Shown here: piece by piece, positions 31,860 through 48,061 of the stretch
Layout: the number at the start of each line of letters is the position of its first letter
How positions within the stretch are numbered: position 1 is the stretch's first letter
Assembly: GCA_964016885.1 (NCBI GenBank)
Contig: OZ024760.1
Location: forward strand, 24,800,001-24,864,000
Direction: 5' to 3'
DNA length: 64,000 nucleotides
DNA from: Eledone cirrhosa
Lineage: Eukaryota
Position numbers and translations under genes: made by a program
Notes under the pieces: generated by a model
What the model saw: only the letters and a program-made list of their open reading frames with translations
Databases searched by the model: none
Told to the model about the DNA's origin: nothing

Positions 31860-32620
31860 AGCGAAGTCGAGCCAACTCGAACCAGGTAAAACCAAGTTGA
31901 GCCAGGCACATATTATTATAATACAGCCAAGTCAAGCTAAACCAAGCCATGCCAAGCGTATTTAACCAAGCCGAGCAAAGCCAATCTGAGCCAAGACAAA
32001 CAGAGCTAAGTCGAGCGAATTATAGCTAAGCCAAGTCTAGATGAGCCAAGCTAAACTAAGCTATTATATAACTAAACCATGCCATACAGAGCAAAACCAA
32101 ACCACGCAAACCAAGCTACTCAGAGCCAAGCCAAGCTATGCCGAGTGAAATCGTACTGGGCATAACCGTATCAAGGCATGCCGAGGCAAGCCAAACCAGG
32201 CTGAGCCGAGAGTAGCTGAACCGAGATTAGGCTCAGACAAACAAAGCCACTCAGAGCCAGGCTAAGCTACGCCGAGTCAAATCATGCAACGCTTAACAGT
32301 TTGAAGGCATGCGGAGCCGATTCTAGCCAGACCAGGCTGAGCCGAGAGTAACCGAGCCACGAGAAGCTGAGCCAAACCAAGCCACTCAGAGCTATACCAA
32401 GTCACTCAGAACTGAACTAAGAAAAACCGAGAAAATGTCGGGCGAAGCCACAACTCACCCCATGAATCCAATTCAAACAAAGGAGATCCGAATCAAGTCA
32501 AATCGGGCCAAGCAGAGCTAAGCCAAATCGGGCCAAGCCAAGACAAGCAAAGCCAAAACAAGCCATTCAGAGCCAAACCAAATCACTCAGAACTAAGCCA
32601 AGCCAAACCAAACCCACGCT
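31860..32620. repeat. Degenerate (AGCCA/AGCCG)n pentamer-derived satellite
   Basis: Recurrent agccaagccaaacc and gagccgag. Confidence 0.85.
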
Positions 32621-33217
32621 GATATTTTGCAACGAAACATTCTTAATTAGAATGTTATTATCATTTCATAACAATATTTATTACTTTAATAAATCTTGTT
32701 GGTGTCACCACCATTACTACCGCTTCTCGCTAGTTTCTATTTTCTGTTTATTTTTCTTTCTTGTAGATTGTGTTTTTTGTAGCATTACTTTACTTGTCAT
32801 TATTGTTGTTGTAGTTGTTGTTTACTTGTTACCTTTCTGTTTAATTTTCCGTCGGTTTTGGTGATTATTTCAATTCACTTATTTTTCAATAAAACTTTAT
32901 CCATTCTAAGAAGAACACTTTTATTCCAGAAATACCATTAAACGATAATGGATGTTTCATACACGGCGTAATTCAGTTGGGGAAATATACCGCTATTATA
33001 TATTACTCTCTCTCACACACACACACACACAACACACTAAGGTGTAGTCTACGTATACATACACACACACATATATGTATGTATATAGACATACGAATAT
33101 ATATATATGTAGGTTTTTACGTGGGAAATTCTTTAATATAACAGAAACTGTATTGACAAAAGAAAAATTGCACTGAATATAATTGAATAAATAAATAAAT
33201 AAATAAAAAACAAATAA

Positions 33218-33290
<73 letters not shown>

Positions 33291-33446
33291 TATATATATA
33301 TGTCTATATATATATGTCTATATATATATGTCTATATATATATATATATATATATATGTCTATATATATATGTCTATATATATATGTCTATATATATATA
33401 TGTCTATATATATATGTCTATATATATATATATATATATATATGTC

Positions 33447-33552
<106 letters not shown>

Positions 33553-33722
33553 TATATATACATATATATATATATATATGTCTATATATACATATATATA
33601 TGTGTGTGTGAGTGTATGTATATATAATGTGTGTGTACGTGTTTGAGTGTATGTGTGTTTCAAAATTGTGTTTGTAACAATCAAAATATTATCATTATTA
33701 CTGAGCTTTTGAAATTGGAAAA

Positions 33723-33723
<1 letters not shown>

Positions 33724-33770
<47 letters not shown>

Positions 33771-34808
33771 GCTAATATCATCTTTCTCTTCCTCCTCCTC
33801 CTTTGTCTTCATCTTTATTCTCTTCAACATAATTGTCATAGACTCCACCATCATCACAGTCTCCCGATCATCATCACCACCACCGATACCACCACCAGCA
33901 TCACCACCATCGTCACCACCGCCAACACCATCACTACAACCACCACCATCACCACTATCATCACCACCACTATTACGAACACAACCATCACCGCCAACAC
34001 CGTCACCACCATCATCAACCACCATCACCACTATCATCATCACCATCACAACCACCACCATCACCACTATCATCACCACCACTAACACTAACACTGCCAT
34101 CACCGACAACACCGTCACCACTACAACCACCACCATCACCACTATCATCACCACTAACACTAACACTACCACCACCGACAATACCATCACCACTACAACC
34201 GCCACCATCACCACTATCATCACCACCACTAACACTGCCATCACCAACAACACCATCACCACTACAACCACCACCATCACCACTATCATCACCACCACTA
34301 ACACTGACACTACCATCACCGCCACCACCATCACCACTACAACCACCACCATCACCACTATCATCACCACCACTAACACTAACACTACCATCACCGACAA
34401 CACCACCACCACTACAACCACCACCATCACCACTATCATCACCACCACTAACACTAACACTACCATCACCGATAACACCACCACCATCACCACTATCATC
34501 ACCACCACTAACACTAACACTACCATCACCGCCAACACCACCACCACTACAACCACCACCATCACCACTATCATCACCACCACTAACACTAACACTGCCA
34601 TCACCGCCAACACCACCACCACTACAACCACCACCATCACCACTATCATCACCACCACTAACACTAACACTACCATCACCGACAACACCATCACCACTAC
34701 AACCACCACCATCACCACTATCATCACCACCACTAACACTAACACTACCATCACCGACAACACCATCACCGATACAACCATCATCACCACTATCATCATC
34801 ACCACTAA
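33724..34808. repeat. (ATC/ACC)n repeat maturing into a 75 bp minisatellite
   Basis: atcaccactatcatcaccaccactaacact recurs at 34561, 34636, 34711. Confidence 0.9.
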
Positions 34809-35044
34809 CTGATAATTATCAGTGAAACAATTGTTAGACTGCAAATAAAACCCCTTGTTTGTACTGTTGACCATGTTATTCCCCACTTTTACAATTATCT
34901 ACCTACCGTCGAAACAATTGTAACACGCATTAAATTTAGTCCAGATGCATCACTGATTTTTCGTTTTCTTTATACTATCTACACTCTACTCTGCTCAATA
35001 TCGAGTGCTAATTTTGGCATACCGCCATAGCTACCATTATACAC

Positions 35045-35076
<32 letters not shown>

Positions 35077-35079
<3 letters not shown>

Positions 35080-35279
35080 AACGAGTAGGACCCCGACAGC
35101 TGAGCTCAAGCCGTTTGGACGGCTAATTCTGGACTAAATTTAGTCCAAAATTAGCCGTCGAAACGGCTTGAGCTCAGCCGTCGGGGTTCTACTCGTTCCT
35201 ATTACCCACTCTACTACCCCAAGTATTGAGTACTTTGGTGCGTTATGGTCCATCTGGTTCCTTACCACATTTCCTTCGT

Positions 35280-35281
<2 letters not shown>
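35077..35281 (+). mobile_element. Family A fold-back copy
   Basis: Near-identical to 7081-7290. Confidence 0.9.
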
Positions 35282-35348
<67 letters not shown>

Positions 35349-35364
35349 ATATTTATATTTATAT

Positions 35365-35815
35365 ATATATATGTTTGATATAACTATAAATATGTAGGGT
35401 AGTACTAAGTACTAGCCGGTTACCGGTATGACAAAACGCTCAATGCAAATTTTCAAATGTTTTACAGAGCCGAGATACAAAGTGTTAAAACGATCAAATT
35501 TTAGTTTAGAACATTTATTAGCTGACAATTGTTTCTTCCAGAGAGAAGTCTGGAGTCATCGGAGCATAAGGAATGTCGAAAATGTCTAACTAGAATCCTA
35601 GTCATTTAGAACATTTAGGGTACATAGTTGTTATTAGTGTCAAAGGCATCATGTGGAGATTCAGGAGATAAAATGATGATCCTCTTGAAATAACCCAATT
35701 ACAGGCAGCACTGGTTGGAAGTGTAATAGGTATAAGTAAAAGTAAAAAGCACAAGTAAAAATATCACAAACAACAAAAATACAGGGTAAGAAGTTATAAG
35801 CAAGGACAATTGGTA
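35365..35815 (-). mobile_element. Inverted pLTR of the Penelope-like element, with HHR 35521-35565 and 3' extension
   Basis: 35475-35815 is the reverse complement of 37834-38150; GCT-CCGATGA-CTCCAGA..TCTGGAA-GAAA-C-AATT-G-TC-AGC. Confidence 0.85.
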
Positions 35816-35983
35816 TACAATGCAGGAGTCGATACAGTCAATAATGCATGTATGAGGAAAAAGGTTATATTGCAGTTGAAATAAACATATTTTGTGTGGA
35901 GTGTTAAAGCATGTTATATTTGTTATAAACATTTAAGATAGTTTACATAGTTAGTATTAAGGAATGATCGACTTTCGTCAAAT

Positions 35984-36179
35984 CGGACCGAGGGAACAAT
36001 GTTTCCGTTGGTCTTTCCAATTGCTAATACTATCTATCGGTCGCAACTCCAGGTAGAAGGAGCAACGTGAAATAAAGTGTCTTGCTCAAGGACATAACGC
36101 ATCGCCTGGTCCAGGAATAGAACTCACAACCTTACGATTGCGAATTCAGTTCTCTAATCACTCAGCCACACGCCTTCAC
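35984..36179 (-). mobile_element. SINE family 2 copy
   Basis: Matches 25771-25959. Confidence 0.85.
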
Positions 36180-36300
36180 ATAGTTAGTATATGCATGTAT
36201 AATATAAGGCATATACATATGTGTGACAATGTATAAACATATATACACACACATATCTGCACACATACTTATACACACATATACACACACACACATATAC

Positions 36301-36338
<38 letters not shown>

Positions 36339-36345
36339 GCATATG

Positions 36346-36401
<56 letters not shown>

Positions 36402-36970
36402 TATATACATGCGAAAATACTGATTGTGTAGAGAGAGTAGAATATTTTTATGACATGATAGTGAGTTGCATAACATATACTGGAGTAATTGGAGTTATAT
36501 ACACAGTTGTCTGCTGTTTAGTTGGTGTTGTATATTGAGAGTATATTAGGGTGTCTATATTATTTAAATCTTTTCATTGTATAATGTAATAGATCAAACA
36601 GGGGTTTATTGACTCTATGTATGTCAGTGTGGTCTTTTAATTAAGGTGTAGTACTATATTAATTGAAGGTCTAGTTGGATAGATGATGGTCTAGTTTGTT
36701 TATATAAAGGGGCCTTAGCTATCACTTATATTTAAACCTAAATCGTCAACCACCCATAGGCAACCTAATATAATTTCACACAACATGGCCATGAATAAAA
36801 GTAAATATGATCGTAGTATTGATAATCCAGACTCCTGTACAAGGGGCGCCATAAAAAAAAGTTAAATTACACCACAGCAATAACCCTAAGAACACCACAG
36901 AAAGAAAAATATAGATATGAAGGAATCTAACACCACACTAAACAGTAGTATGAATAACAACCATAGGAAG

Positions 36971-37806
36971 AATAGAAGAAGAAATAGCACATTTTTTAAC
37001 CCTCCGTTCAACTTAAATGTATGAACAAACATACCTAAAGCTTTCTTCTCTACTCTAGACAAAAACTAACCATAAATGCCACAACCTATTTAACAAAATC
37101 ACAATTAAAATATCCTACTCCACTACACCTAACATAACAAACCTTATAGCAAGCACCAACAAAAGAAAGATTGAAAAGTACTTCAAACTACACCAAAGTA
37201 ATAATATCTAGCTTAGAAATAACCTGAACAATAACACAGTACAAGACCATACAACAAGTCATACTAATAATACAAATAGTAATAGCACACACCATAATCA
37301 TAACACTAGAAGTAGAAACAAAAACAATCACACTCAAATGCAGATCCCCTTAACCAGTATACTAGTAAACAAAACAATTGTAACTGCAGGCCTAACAAGA
37401 CATGTCCATTAAATAAGAACTGCCTAATTAAAGACATTGTCTACTCCGGTATGTAACCGACAATCACATCTCGAAAGTATATATAGGCTTAACATCGAAT
37501 AGCTTTAAGACCAGATATAATTCACACCTTCATTCGTTCAGAAACCCTAAACTTAGCAACGTAACTTCAATATCCACATACATACACTCATTAAAATCAA
37601 GTAATATACCATACACCTTAAAATGGGAAGTGATAGCTAAGGCCCCTTCATATAAACCACCTAACAAATTTTGTAACCTTTGCATCCTCGAGTCTAAACA
37701 TATTATTCACTCTAACCTTAGCCTACTAAATAGGAAATCAGAGATCTTCTACACGTGTCCACATTACCATAGATTCTCGTTCCACTACTTTAAACCTACT
37801 AACTAA
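36971..37806 (+). pseudogene. Penelope-like retroelement ORF remnant: RT thumb end, Cys-rich linker, GIY-YIG endonuclease
   Basis: NRRRNSTFFNPPFNLNV*TNIPKAF; LFNKITIKISYSTTPN; CNCRPNKTCPLNKNCLIKDIVY /frameshift/ KVYIGLTSNSFKTRYNSHLHSF..LKWEVI..CNLCILESKHI..LLNRKSEIFYTCPH..*; stops and frameshifts. Confidence 0.9.
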
Positions 37807-37833
37807 TAATAATAATAATAATAATAAAAACAA

Positions 37834-38311
<478 letters not shown>

Positions 38312-38366
38312 ATATATTTATATAAATATTTATATATTTATATATATATATAAATATTTATATATT

Positions 38367-38401
<35 letters not shown>

Positions 38402-38432
38402 TTATATATATATATATATTTATATATATATT

Positions 38433-38467
<35 letters not shown>

Positions 38468-38579
38468 ATTTATATATATTTATATATATATATATTTATA
38501 TATATATATATATATTTATATATGGAAAGTTATATTTAAAAAATTGTTGAAATATAGTTTCCATTTATTTAATATTGTA

Positions 38580-38630
<51 letters not shown>

Positions 38631-38639
38631 ATATTTATA

Positions 38640-38829
<190 letters not shown>

Positions 38830-39364
38830 ATTTATATATATATATTTATATATATATATTTATATATATATATTTATATATATACTTATATATTTATTTA
38901 TTTATTTATACATATATGTGTGGATTGGTATATGTATGTGTATGTGTCTGTGCGTATTTATACATGTATATATATATATATATATATACATTTGTATGTG
39001 TGTGTATTGTTAATTTCAAAACTGATATATTTGATATAATGCTTTGTATGTTCTGTACATTATTTACTTATGAAACTTTGAACAGATAAATACAGAGTTT
39101 TCTAGGAAAGTTCATTGTAGCTTGCGTGATTCTCACTTAACGAGATTCGACAGTAATTTAAATCCTAATATTATTTAACTAAGTCCATTAATGAATATTA
39201 ATGATAACTATTAACCATTTACACATCAGTTATCTCCGTGGAGCATCGACTTGATAATTCTTGCTTGAGATAAAATCGATATTTAAATGCAAGCTAGAAC
39301 CTAATAAATTAACTACAAGTCGTCCATATAATATGTCACATTTCTCATTTCCCCTCTTCAACTC

Positions 39365-39770
39365 TCTCGTCTTCTTGTCTCTATTGTCTTGTCTTCTCGT
39401 GTTCTCGTTTTCTCATCTTGTCTTCGCGTCTTCTTGTTTTCTTGTCTCGTCCTCTCGTGTACTCTTCTTCTTGTCTCGTCTTCTCGTTTTCTTGTCTTAT
39501 GATCTCGTCTTCTCATCTTCTCGTTTTCTTCTCGTTTTCTTGTCTTCTCGTCTTGTCATCTGCCTTCTTGTCTCGTCTTCTCATCTCCCCGTCTTCTAGT
39601 CTTTTCGTCTTCTCGTCTTCTCGTCTTCTTGTCATCTCGTCATCTCTTCTTCTCGTTTTCTCGTCATCTCTTCTTCTCGTCTTCTCGTCTTCTTGTCATC
39701 TTGTCATCTGGTCATCTCGTCTCCTCGTCTTCTTGTCATCTCGTCTTCTCGTTTTTTCGTCTTCTTGTCA
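39365..39770. repeat. Degenerate (TCTCGTCT)n octamer repeat
   Basis: Direct reading. Confidence 0.9.
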
Positions 39771-39919
39771 TGACACCATACCACCAAACCACCAATCGCC
39801 TACAACACACCACCACGATAAGACGTCGTCACCTCAACACCACACCACGACTCCTCACCACCAAGACACCATGACACCAAACCACTAATCCACCAAACCT
39901 ATACAACACACCAAGCCAC

Positions 39920-40263
39920 CAACCCCCCAATCACCTACAACGCATCACCACCTCAACAAGAGACCTCAACACGTCACCTCAACACAACACCCCACCAACT
40001 AATGCGCTACATTTGTGTCAAACCTTCATTCCTATATAATATTCAGATTTCGTACAACAATCAATATAAGAAGACAAACTGAGGAATCCTTGTAAACTAT
40101 TAATGACAGAAATGATGTGAGTAAATGTCAAATCCTAACTATTATTAAATTTGTATACGAGCGACCTTTCAACGACCGCCATTTTCCAGCTTACATGATA
40201 TATAATATACTAGGATAACATCGGTTCACTTAGATATTCACATAATAATTATATCCTGTACAT
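39920..40263. repeat. Direct repeat, copy 1 (~345 bp)
   Basis: Near-identical to 43013-43358. Confidence 0.9.
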
Positions 40264-40339
40264 TTTTTTGAACCCAGCATGGTCGCAGACCAATGACAAA
40301 AACCAGTGAAAAATAAAATCCTGTACTACACAACACAAC

Positions 40340-43012
40340 CAAGACACCATGATGCCGGACCCCGAAGTCACCAATCCACAACAACACACCACCATGACTA
40401 GATGACGTCACCTCAACACCATGACCCCTCATCATTGCTGCACCACGCCACCAAGACAACTCACCACTACACCACTACACCTCACCACTACACCACGCCA
40501 CCACGACAACTCACGACTACACCTGACCAGCAAACCAGCAAACCAGTAACTTCCAATCTCCTACAACACGCCACCGCGAGAAGACAACTTCACCTGAACA
40601 CTGCTCCACGGCTCCTCACCACCAAGACACCAAACAATCAAACCACCAAATCACCAATCCTCTGCGACAAACCACCAGGAAAGGAGGATGCCACCTCAAC
40701 ACATCACCTCTACGAAACATTACCAAGGCACCAAACCATCAAACCTCCAATCTCCTACAACACACCACCACGAAGAGACCACTTCACCTTCCCACTACAC
40801 CACGACTCCTCACCACCAAGACACCAAGACAACAATCCTCTACGAAACACCACGACAAGACAACGTCCCCTCAACACGACACCTCTACAGAACGCCACCA
40901 AACCCCCAAACCACTAAGCCACTAATCACCTACAACACAACACTCCCTCAACATGTCATCTCATCACGACACCTCACCACTACACCACTACACGACGCCA
41001 CCTAACCGCCAAACCACCAATCCTCTACAACACAACACTACCTCAAACTGACACCTCACCACTACACCACTACACAACGCCACCAAACCACCAAACCACC
41101 AAGACACCAACCCACCAAACACCTACAACACAACACTACCTCAACCTGACACCTCACCACTACACCACTACACAAAGCCACCAAACCGCCAAACCACCAA
41201 ACCACCAAGACACCAACCCACCAAACACCTACAACACAACACTACCTCAACCTGACACCTCACCACTACACCACTACACAAAGCCACCAAACCGCCAAAC
41301 CACCAAACCACCAAGACACCAACCCACCAATCACCTACAACACAACACTACCTCAACCTGACACCTCACCACTACACCACTACACAACGCCACCAAACCA
41401 CCAAACCACCAAACCACCAAGACACCAACCCACCAATCACCTACAACACAACACTATCTCAACAAGACACCTCACCACTACACCACTACACAACTCCACC
41501 AAACCACCAAACCACTAAGCCACCAATAACCTACAACACAACACTACCTCAACAAGACACCTCACCACTACACCACTACACAACTCCACCAAACCGCCAA
41601 ACAACTAAGTCACCAATCACCTACAACACAGCACTAACTCAACAAGACACCTCACCACTACACCACTACACAACTCCACCAAACCACCAAACAACTAAGC
41701 CACCAATCACCTACAACACAACACTACCTCAACAAGACACCTCACCACTACACCACTACACCAAACCACCAAACCACTAAACAACAAGCCACCAATCACC
41801 TACAACACAACACTACCTCAACCTGACACCTCACCACTACACCACTACACAACTCCACCAAACCACCAAACAACTAAGCCACCAATCACCTACAACACGA
41901 CACTACCTCAACATGACACCTCACCACTACACCACTACACAACTCCACCAAACCACCAAACAACTAAGCCACCAATCACCTACAACACAACACTACCTCA
42001 ACCTGACACCTCACCACTACACCACTACACAACGCCACCAAACCACCAAACCACCAAACCACCAAACCACCAAGACACCAACCCACCAATCACCTACAAC
42101 ACAACATACCTCAACAAGACACCTCACCACTACACCACTACACAACTCCACCAAACCGCCAAACCACTAAGCCACCAATCACCTACAACACAACACTACC
42201 TCAACCTGACACCTCACCACTACACCACTACACAACGCCACCAAACCACCAAACCACGAAACCACCAAACCACCAAGACACCAACCCACCAATCGCCTAC
42301 AACACAACATACCTCAACAAGACACCTCACCACTACACCACTACACAACTCCACCAATCACCTACAACACAACACTACCTCATCCTGACACCTCACCACT
42401 ACACCACTACATAACTCCACCAAACCACCAAACCACTAAGCCACCAATCACCTACAACACAACACTACCTCAACAAGACACCTCACCACTACACCACTAC
42501 ACAACTCCACCAAACCACCAAAAAACTAAGCCACCAATCACCTACAACACAACACTACCTCAACCTGACACCTCACCACTACACCACTACACAACTCCAC
42601 CAAACCGCCAAACCACTAAGCCCCCAATCACCTACAACACAACACTACCTCAACAAGACACCTCACCACTACACCACTACACAACTCCACCAAACTACCA
42701 AACAACTAAGCCACCAATCACCTACAACACAACACTACCTCAACACGACACCTCACCACTACAGCACTACAGAACTCCACCAAACCGCCAAACCACTAAG
42801 CCACCAATGACCTACAACACGACACAACCTCAACAAGACACCTCACCTCTACCACACTACACAACTCCACCAAACCGCCAAACCACTAAGCCACCAATCA
42901 CCTACAACACGACACTACCTCAACATGTCATCGCAACATGACACCTCATCACTGCACCACTACACAATGCCAACAAACCACCAAACCACCAAACCATCAA
43001 ACCACCAAGACA
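40340..43012. repeat. C/A-rich ~90 bp minisatellite array
   Basis: caccaatcacctacaacacaacactacctcaacaagacacctcaccactacaccactaca at 41521, 41611, 41701 and onward. Confidence 0.95.
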
Positions 43013-43358
43013 CCAACCCACCAATCACCAACAACACTACACCACCTCAACAAGACACCTCAACACGTCACCTCAACACGACACCCCACCAACCAATGCG
43101 CTACATTTGTGTCAAACCTTCATTCCTATATAATATTCAGATTTCGTACAGCAATCAATATAAGAAGACAAAACTGAGGAATCCTTGTAAACTATTAATG
43201 AAAGAAATGATGTGAGTAAATGTCAAATCCTAACTATTATTAAATTTGTATACGAGCGACCTTTCAACGACCGCCATTTTCCAGCTGACATGATATATAA
43301 TATACTAGGATAACATCGCTTCACTTAGATATTCACATAATAATTATATCCTGTACAT
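43013..43358. repeat. Direct repeat, copy 2
   Basis: Near-identical to 39920-40263. Confidence 0.9.
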
Positions 43359-44153
43359 TGTACCTGATTCTTTTTAACCCATATACACTGGAGGAATAAC
43401 TATCCTACTGCGTGTATGTATATGTATATATATATATATGCATATGTGTATGTGTATGTAAGTATATGTGCATGTATATTTGTATGTAAGTATATGTGTA
43501 TGTATATGTGTACGTATATATGTATGTATATGTATATATATAAATATATCTATAAGCATATATGTATGTATATGTGTATGTATATGTATATGTGTATATA
43601 TATGCGTATCTATATGTGTATGTATATGTTTATGCATATGTGTATATATATGCATGTATTATGTATTTAAGTATGTATGTATGTATTATGTATTTAAGTA
43701 TGTGTAAGTGTATGTATTTTTATAAAATGTCAGTGCGTTTATGTTTAAATAAGTATGTATATGTATGTAGGTATTATGTTTTAAATATATGTAAGTTTAT
43801 GTACATACAAATGTATGTATGTATGAATTATGTATTTAGGTTTGTATCAATGTACGCATATATATGTGTCTATGTACGTATGTATGTAGGTGTGTATGTA
43901 TCAATGTACGCATATATATGTGTCTATGTACGTATGTATGTAGGTGTGTATGTATCTATGTATGCATGTATGTATAATGTATATATATATATATATATAT
44001 TTTAAAGAATGACTTCACTTGTAGCTTAATTTAATTTTATAATATAATTTTACAGTTTGATTTGGAAGATCTCTCTCTCTCACTCTCTCTCCCTCTCAGT
44101 GTATCTCTCTCTATATATATACATATATACATTTATATATATGTATGTATTTG

Positions 44154-44213
<60 letters not shown>

Positions 44214-44216
44214 TGT

Positions 44217-44537
44217 ATGTTGACTTGTTCTTCTTTTTGGTAAATATTATCTTGGTTAAGAGAGTGGGACTGGCTTTGTGCAGTGCCTTTGCTCACTATA
44301 AAAGCTTCACGGCACAGGCATTGCTTTATATCTGGAGATCTCTCTGCACTTGTCGTCACATGGTACCATTGGCCCAGCACTATGTGTCAATAATTGTCAC
44401 AGGTGTAGTGTTTGTACCAGAGTTTTCAAGTCGCTGGCTGGACTAAAAAGTCACACTCGGTCAGCGCATCGGTAGGGGTTCTCCTACATGGATATAAAGT
44501 AGTGGCAGTACTCGAAAACAAGTTGGCAGCCACCATG
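44217..44537 (+). mobile_element. Bipartite RTE-derived element, 3' part
   Basis: Reverse complement of 4962-5283; (ATGT)n on both sides. Confidence 0.8.
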
Positions 44538-45483
44538 TATGTATGTATGTATGTATGTGTGTGTGTGTGTCTAGGTATGAATATATATATATTTATATAT
44601 CCGCGTATTTGTGTATGAGACTTAGGCGAGATTTGAACTCGACATACAGAGAACCGCAACTGATGGGAGAATATAGGCCACAATTACATCATTCCATCAC
44701 CCAAGCTAAAAGCTATTAACAAATAGCATGATAAAAGGGAAAATAGAACGAAATACCGAACAAAGCCATCCATCTTTCTCTTCAACCACCTCCTTGAAAT
44801 GCAATTTCGTGCCGTTATTAATACCTTATTATCTCCTAGGTAATGTAGTCAAGCCCTGTTATTATTATAGGGCCATGCCTTGCTACTACTCATCATTTTC
44901 TTTGATCAAGAAAGATCAATTGTTGTTTGAGAATAATATAGATTATATAAAAAAGAACACACCATAGTAATCACTGATATATTGTTATATTACTATTAGA
45001 GCTTGCATCACTCTAAACCATTAATTTACTTTCTAATTTAAATTTGGTTTTGTGTGTGCTTAATTATCATAAAAATTATACGACTTAAATTTATAGGCTC
45101 TTGATCAAAGTTTATAGCGATTTCACCAGTATATATATAAAAAAAATAACTACAAAATAGAAAATATGATACAATACATTTCAACACATAGTCGACTCAA
45201 GTATATTGATAAAAGTTTATAAAATTAAATCAAACAAGGATATCTTTTTTCACTTTTAATTTAATATCCTTTTTTCATTGTTCTTAGAGTAATGAAAATT
45301 TAAAACTCGAAAATGTTTGAAGGTGGAAATCCAATATTTGCATACAAAAACATATATAAAAAGTGTAGTATCTATATACATGTACATACACACACACACA
45401 TACACACATATATATATATATATATATATAAATATATAGTTCCGGAGAAGTCATTGCTATAGTAAAAGAGAAAAAATATATCA

Positions 45484-45905
<422 letters not shown>

Positions 45906-45927
45906 CATATGTATATTTATATATATG

Positions 45928-45993
<66 letters not shown>

Positions 45994-46019
45994 TATATAT
46001 ATATAATATATATATATAA

Positions 46020-46147
46020 AAAGAGGATTCGGTAAGAAGCCAAGTGGACAACAAGGCACCAGAATACTCAATACTTAGGATAGTAGAGAGGGTAACAGGA
46101 AAACAAGTCAGGACCCCGAGGGTTGAGCTCCGGCCATTTTGACGGCT
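46020..46147 (-). mobile_element. Diverged family A fragment
   Basis: tactcaatacttaggatagtagagagggtaacagg..ggaccccgagggttgagctc. Confidence 0.7.
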
Positions 46148-46169
46148 ATATATATATATATATATGCAG

Positions 46170-46448
46170 AGGTTATATTTAATTTGTTGGGATTCAAGAA
46201 GCTTAACAATTTTTATAACTGATATAAAGCACTCAACAATTTAGTGGAGTAAATACACAATATATTAATAAATGGAAACTATATTTATAAAACCATATTT
46301 ATTTTATTATACATATTTCAAGGGCAACCAAGGCAAATTATGGTGCGCTTTCATCAGATAAAATACAGATTTGCACCATAATTTGCCTTGGTTGCCCTTG
46401 AAATATGTATAATAAAATAAATATGGTTTTATAAATATAGTTTCCATA
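46170..46448. mobile_element. Fold-back element (palindrome 46272-46448 plus left tail)
   Basis: atggaaactatatttataaaacc / ggttttataaatatagtttccat. Confidence 0.85.
46300..46365 (-). ncRNA. Minimal type I HHR
   Basis: TATTTTAT-CTGATGA-AAGCGCACCA..TGGTTGCCCTT-GAAA-T-ATGT-A-TA-ATAAAATA. Confidence 0.85.
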
Positions 46449-46907
46449 TATTGTATAAAGGTGGTACCCAAAGGTGGTACCCATATTTGAACATACTCCA
46501 GAAAACAAAAGGTGTCAAAACAGTTACCTTTCTTCAGGGATTAATGTCTCTATGTTGGTGTCGCCTATTTTCTGGAGGTATGGAGAAACTGGCGTTTTGA
46601 AACCTTCTGTAGCGTCTTTCTTCCATATAATCAACATTAATATATAATATATTTCTGCTCTGTTCACGGTTGAGCACTCTTTTCCTTCACACTTTATATA
46701 TACTGATATTACTACACACACACATACACACACACACACACACACACGCACACACATATATATATAAATTGATGTATGACATACCTCAACTGTGCTGATG
46801 GTTCAATTCCAGTCTTGGCAGTAAAAAACAGCACAGTACCCCCGAAATATATATATAATAAGATATATTTTGATTACGTGAATGTCTATATTTATTAATA
46901 TTTTGAA

Positions 46908-46966
<59 letters not shown>

Positions 46967-46970
<4 letters not shown>

Positions 46971-47815
46971 AGTTAAGAACTCAGAGTAGTCTCTTACAAT
47001 TAAATAGCTCCAAGAAATAAGCTTTTCCGAGCCGTACAATATAATTGAATAAACAAGAGAGATGAACACTAATATAAACATACCTATGTTTGAATCGTAA
47101 GGACTAACATTTGGTAGGATGAGAAAATACTAACTACAACAATATGGTTTGTTATCCTTAACTTTAAATATTAAATTAAGAGAAATTAAGAAAAATACCA
47201 GACCTATTTTGGGCACAAATGCCTGGTAACAAACTAGACAGTGTTGGAGACTGTTCGCAACGACTTATTAAATGAAGTTTTCACGTTTCTCTGCTCCTCA
47301 GTAGTTGTTGAGAAATTAGTGATCGTTTCACTTCTAAAAATATTAGAGAATGAATCGTGTATGATATGAATTATCACGTGTATTTCGGAACCCAGCTAAT
47401 CTCGAAATACCCTGCGCAAAAAATAGCAGCCTGGCTGACAGGACAATAAAAATTAGCTCCACATGATGGAGCTGACAAATATATATATTGAGTTAAGAAC
47501 TCAGAGTAGTCTCTTACAATTAAATAGCTCCAAGAAATAAGCTTTTCCGAGCCGTACAATATAATTGAATAAACAAGAGAGATGAACACTAATATAAACA
47601 TACATGTGTTTGAATCGTAATGACTAAAATTTGGTAGGGTGAGAAAATACAAACTACAGCAATATGGTGGTTATCCTTAACTTTAAATATTAAATTAAGA
47701 AAAATAACTATATTGCTGTAGTTAGTATATTTGCACCCTAGCAAATTTTAGTCCTTACGATTCGAACACATGTATGTTTATATTAGTGTTCATCTCTCTT
47801 GTTTATTTAATTATA
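46967..47815 (-). mobile_element. Family D element: 520 bp unit, 0.4 unit, inverted end; HHR 47232-47306 (GAAA>GAA)
   Basis: attgagttaagaactcagag at 46967 and 47487; 47706-47815 inverted. Confidence 0.85.
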
Positions 47816-47972
47816 TATATGTATATATATACATAGTAATAATAATAAATTTGAAGACTAAAATCCAAAGAGGGCTCTATAAGGATAAATATATAAGAAC
47901 CCTACATCAAATATTTATTAAAGGGTGAAAGCAGCGATTCTTTGCTTAAACGTTAATCTGTTATTTTAATAA

Positions 47973-48053
<81 letters not shown>

Positions 48054-48061
48054 GTAATGAG

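Noticed and set aside
31600-31895. Unique block with short ORFs, possible exon
   Set aside because: No recognisable domain; frames interrupted by stops
33631-34812. 393-aa Thr-rich mucin-like ORF
   Set aside because: Trinucleotide-derived minisatellite open on both strands, starts in a microsatellite, no splice or domain support
34860-34930. ctgttga...GAAACAATTGTA partial HHR
   Set aside because: Core mutated and stem II not evident
37022-37024. In-frame TGA in the PLE ORF as selenocysteine
   Set aside because: Falls at an expected K/R position (NVxTN); best explained as CGA>TGA decay in a pseudogene
40073-40130. CTGAGGA..GAAA in the direct repeats (also ~43174)
   Set aside because: Stems II and III do not form
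40340-43012. CRISPR-like periodicity
   Set aside because: No unique spacers; eukaryotic minisatellite
46490-46620. Two degenerate HHR-like strings in opposite orientation
   Set aside because: Each has core mutations and no stem I; too weak to call
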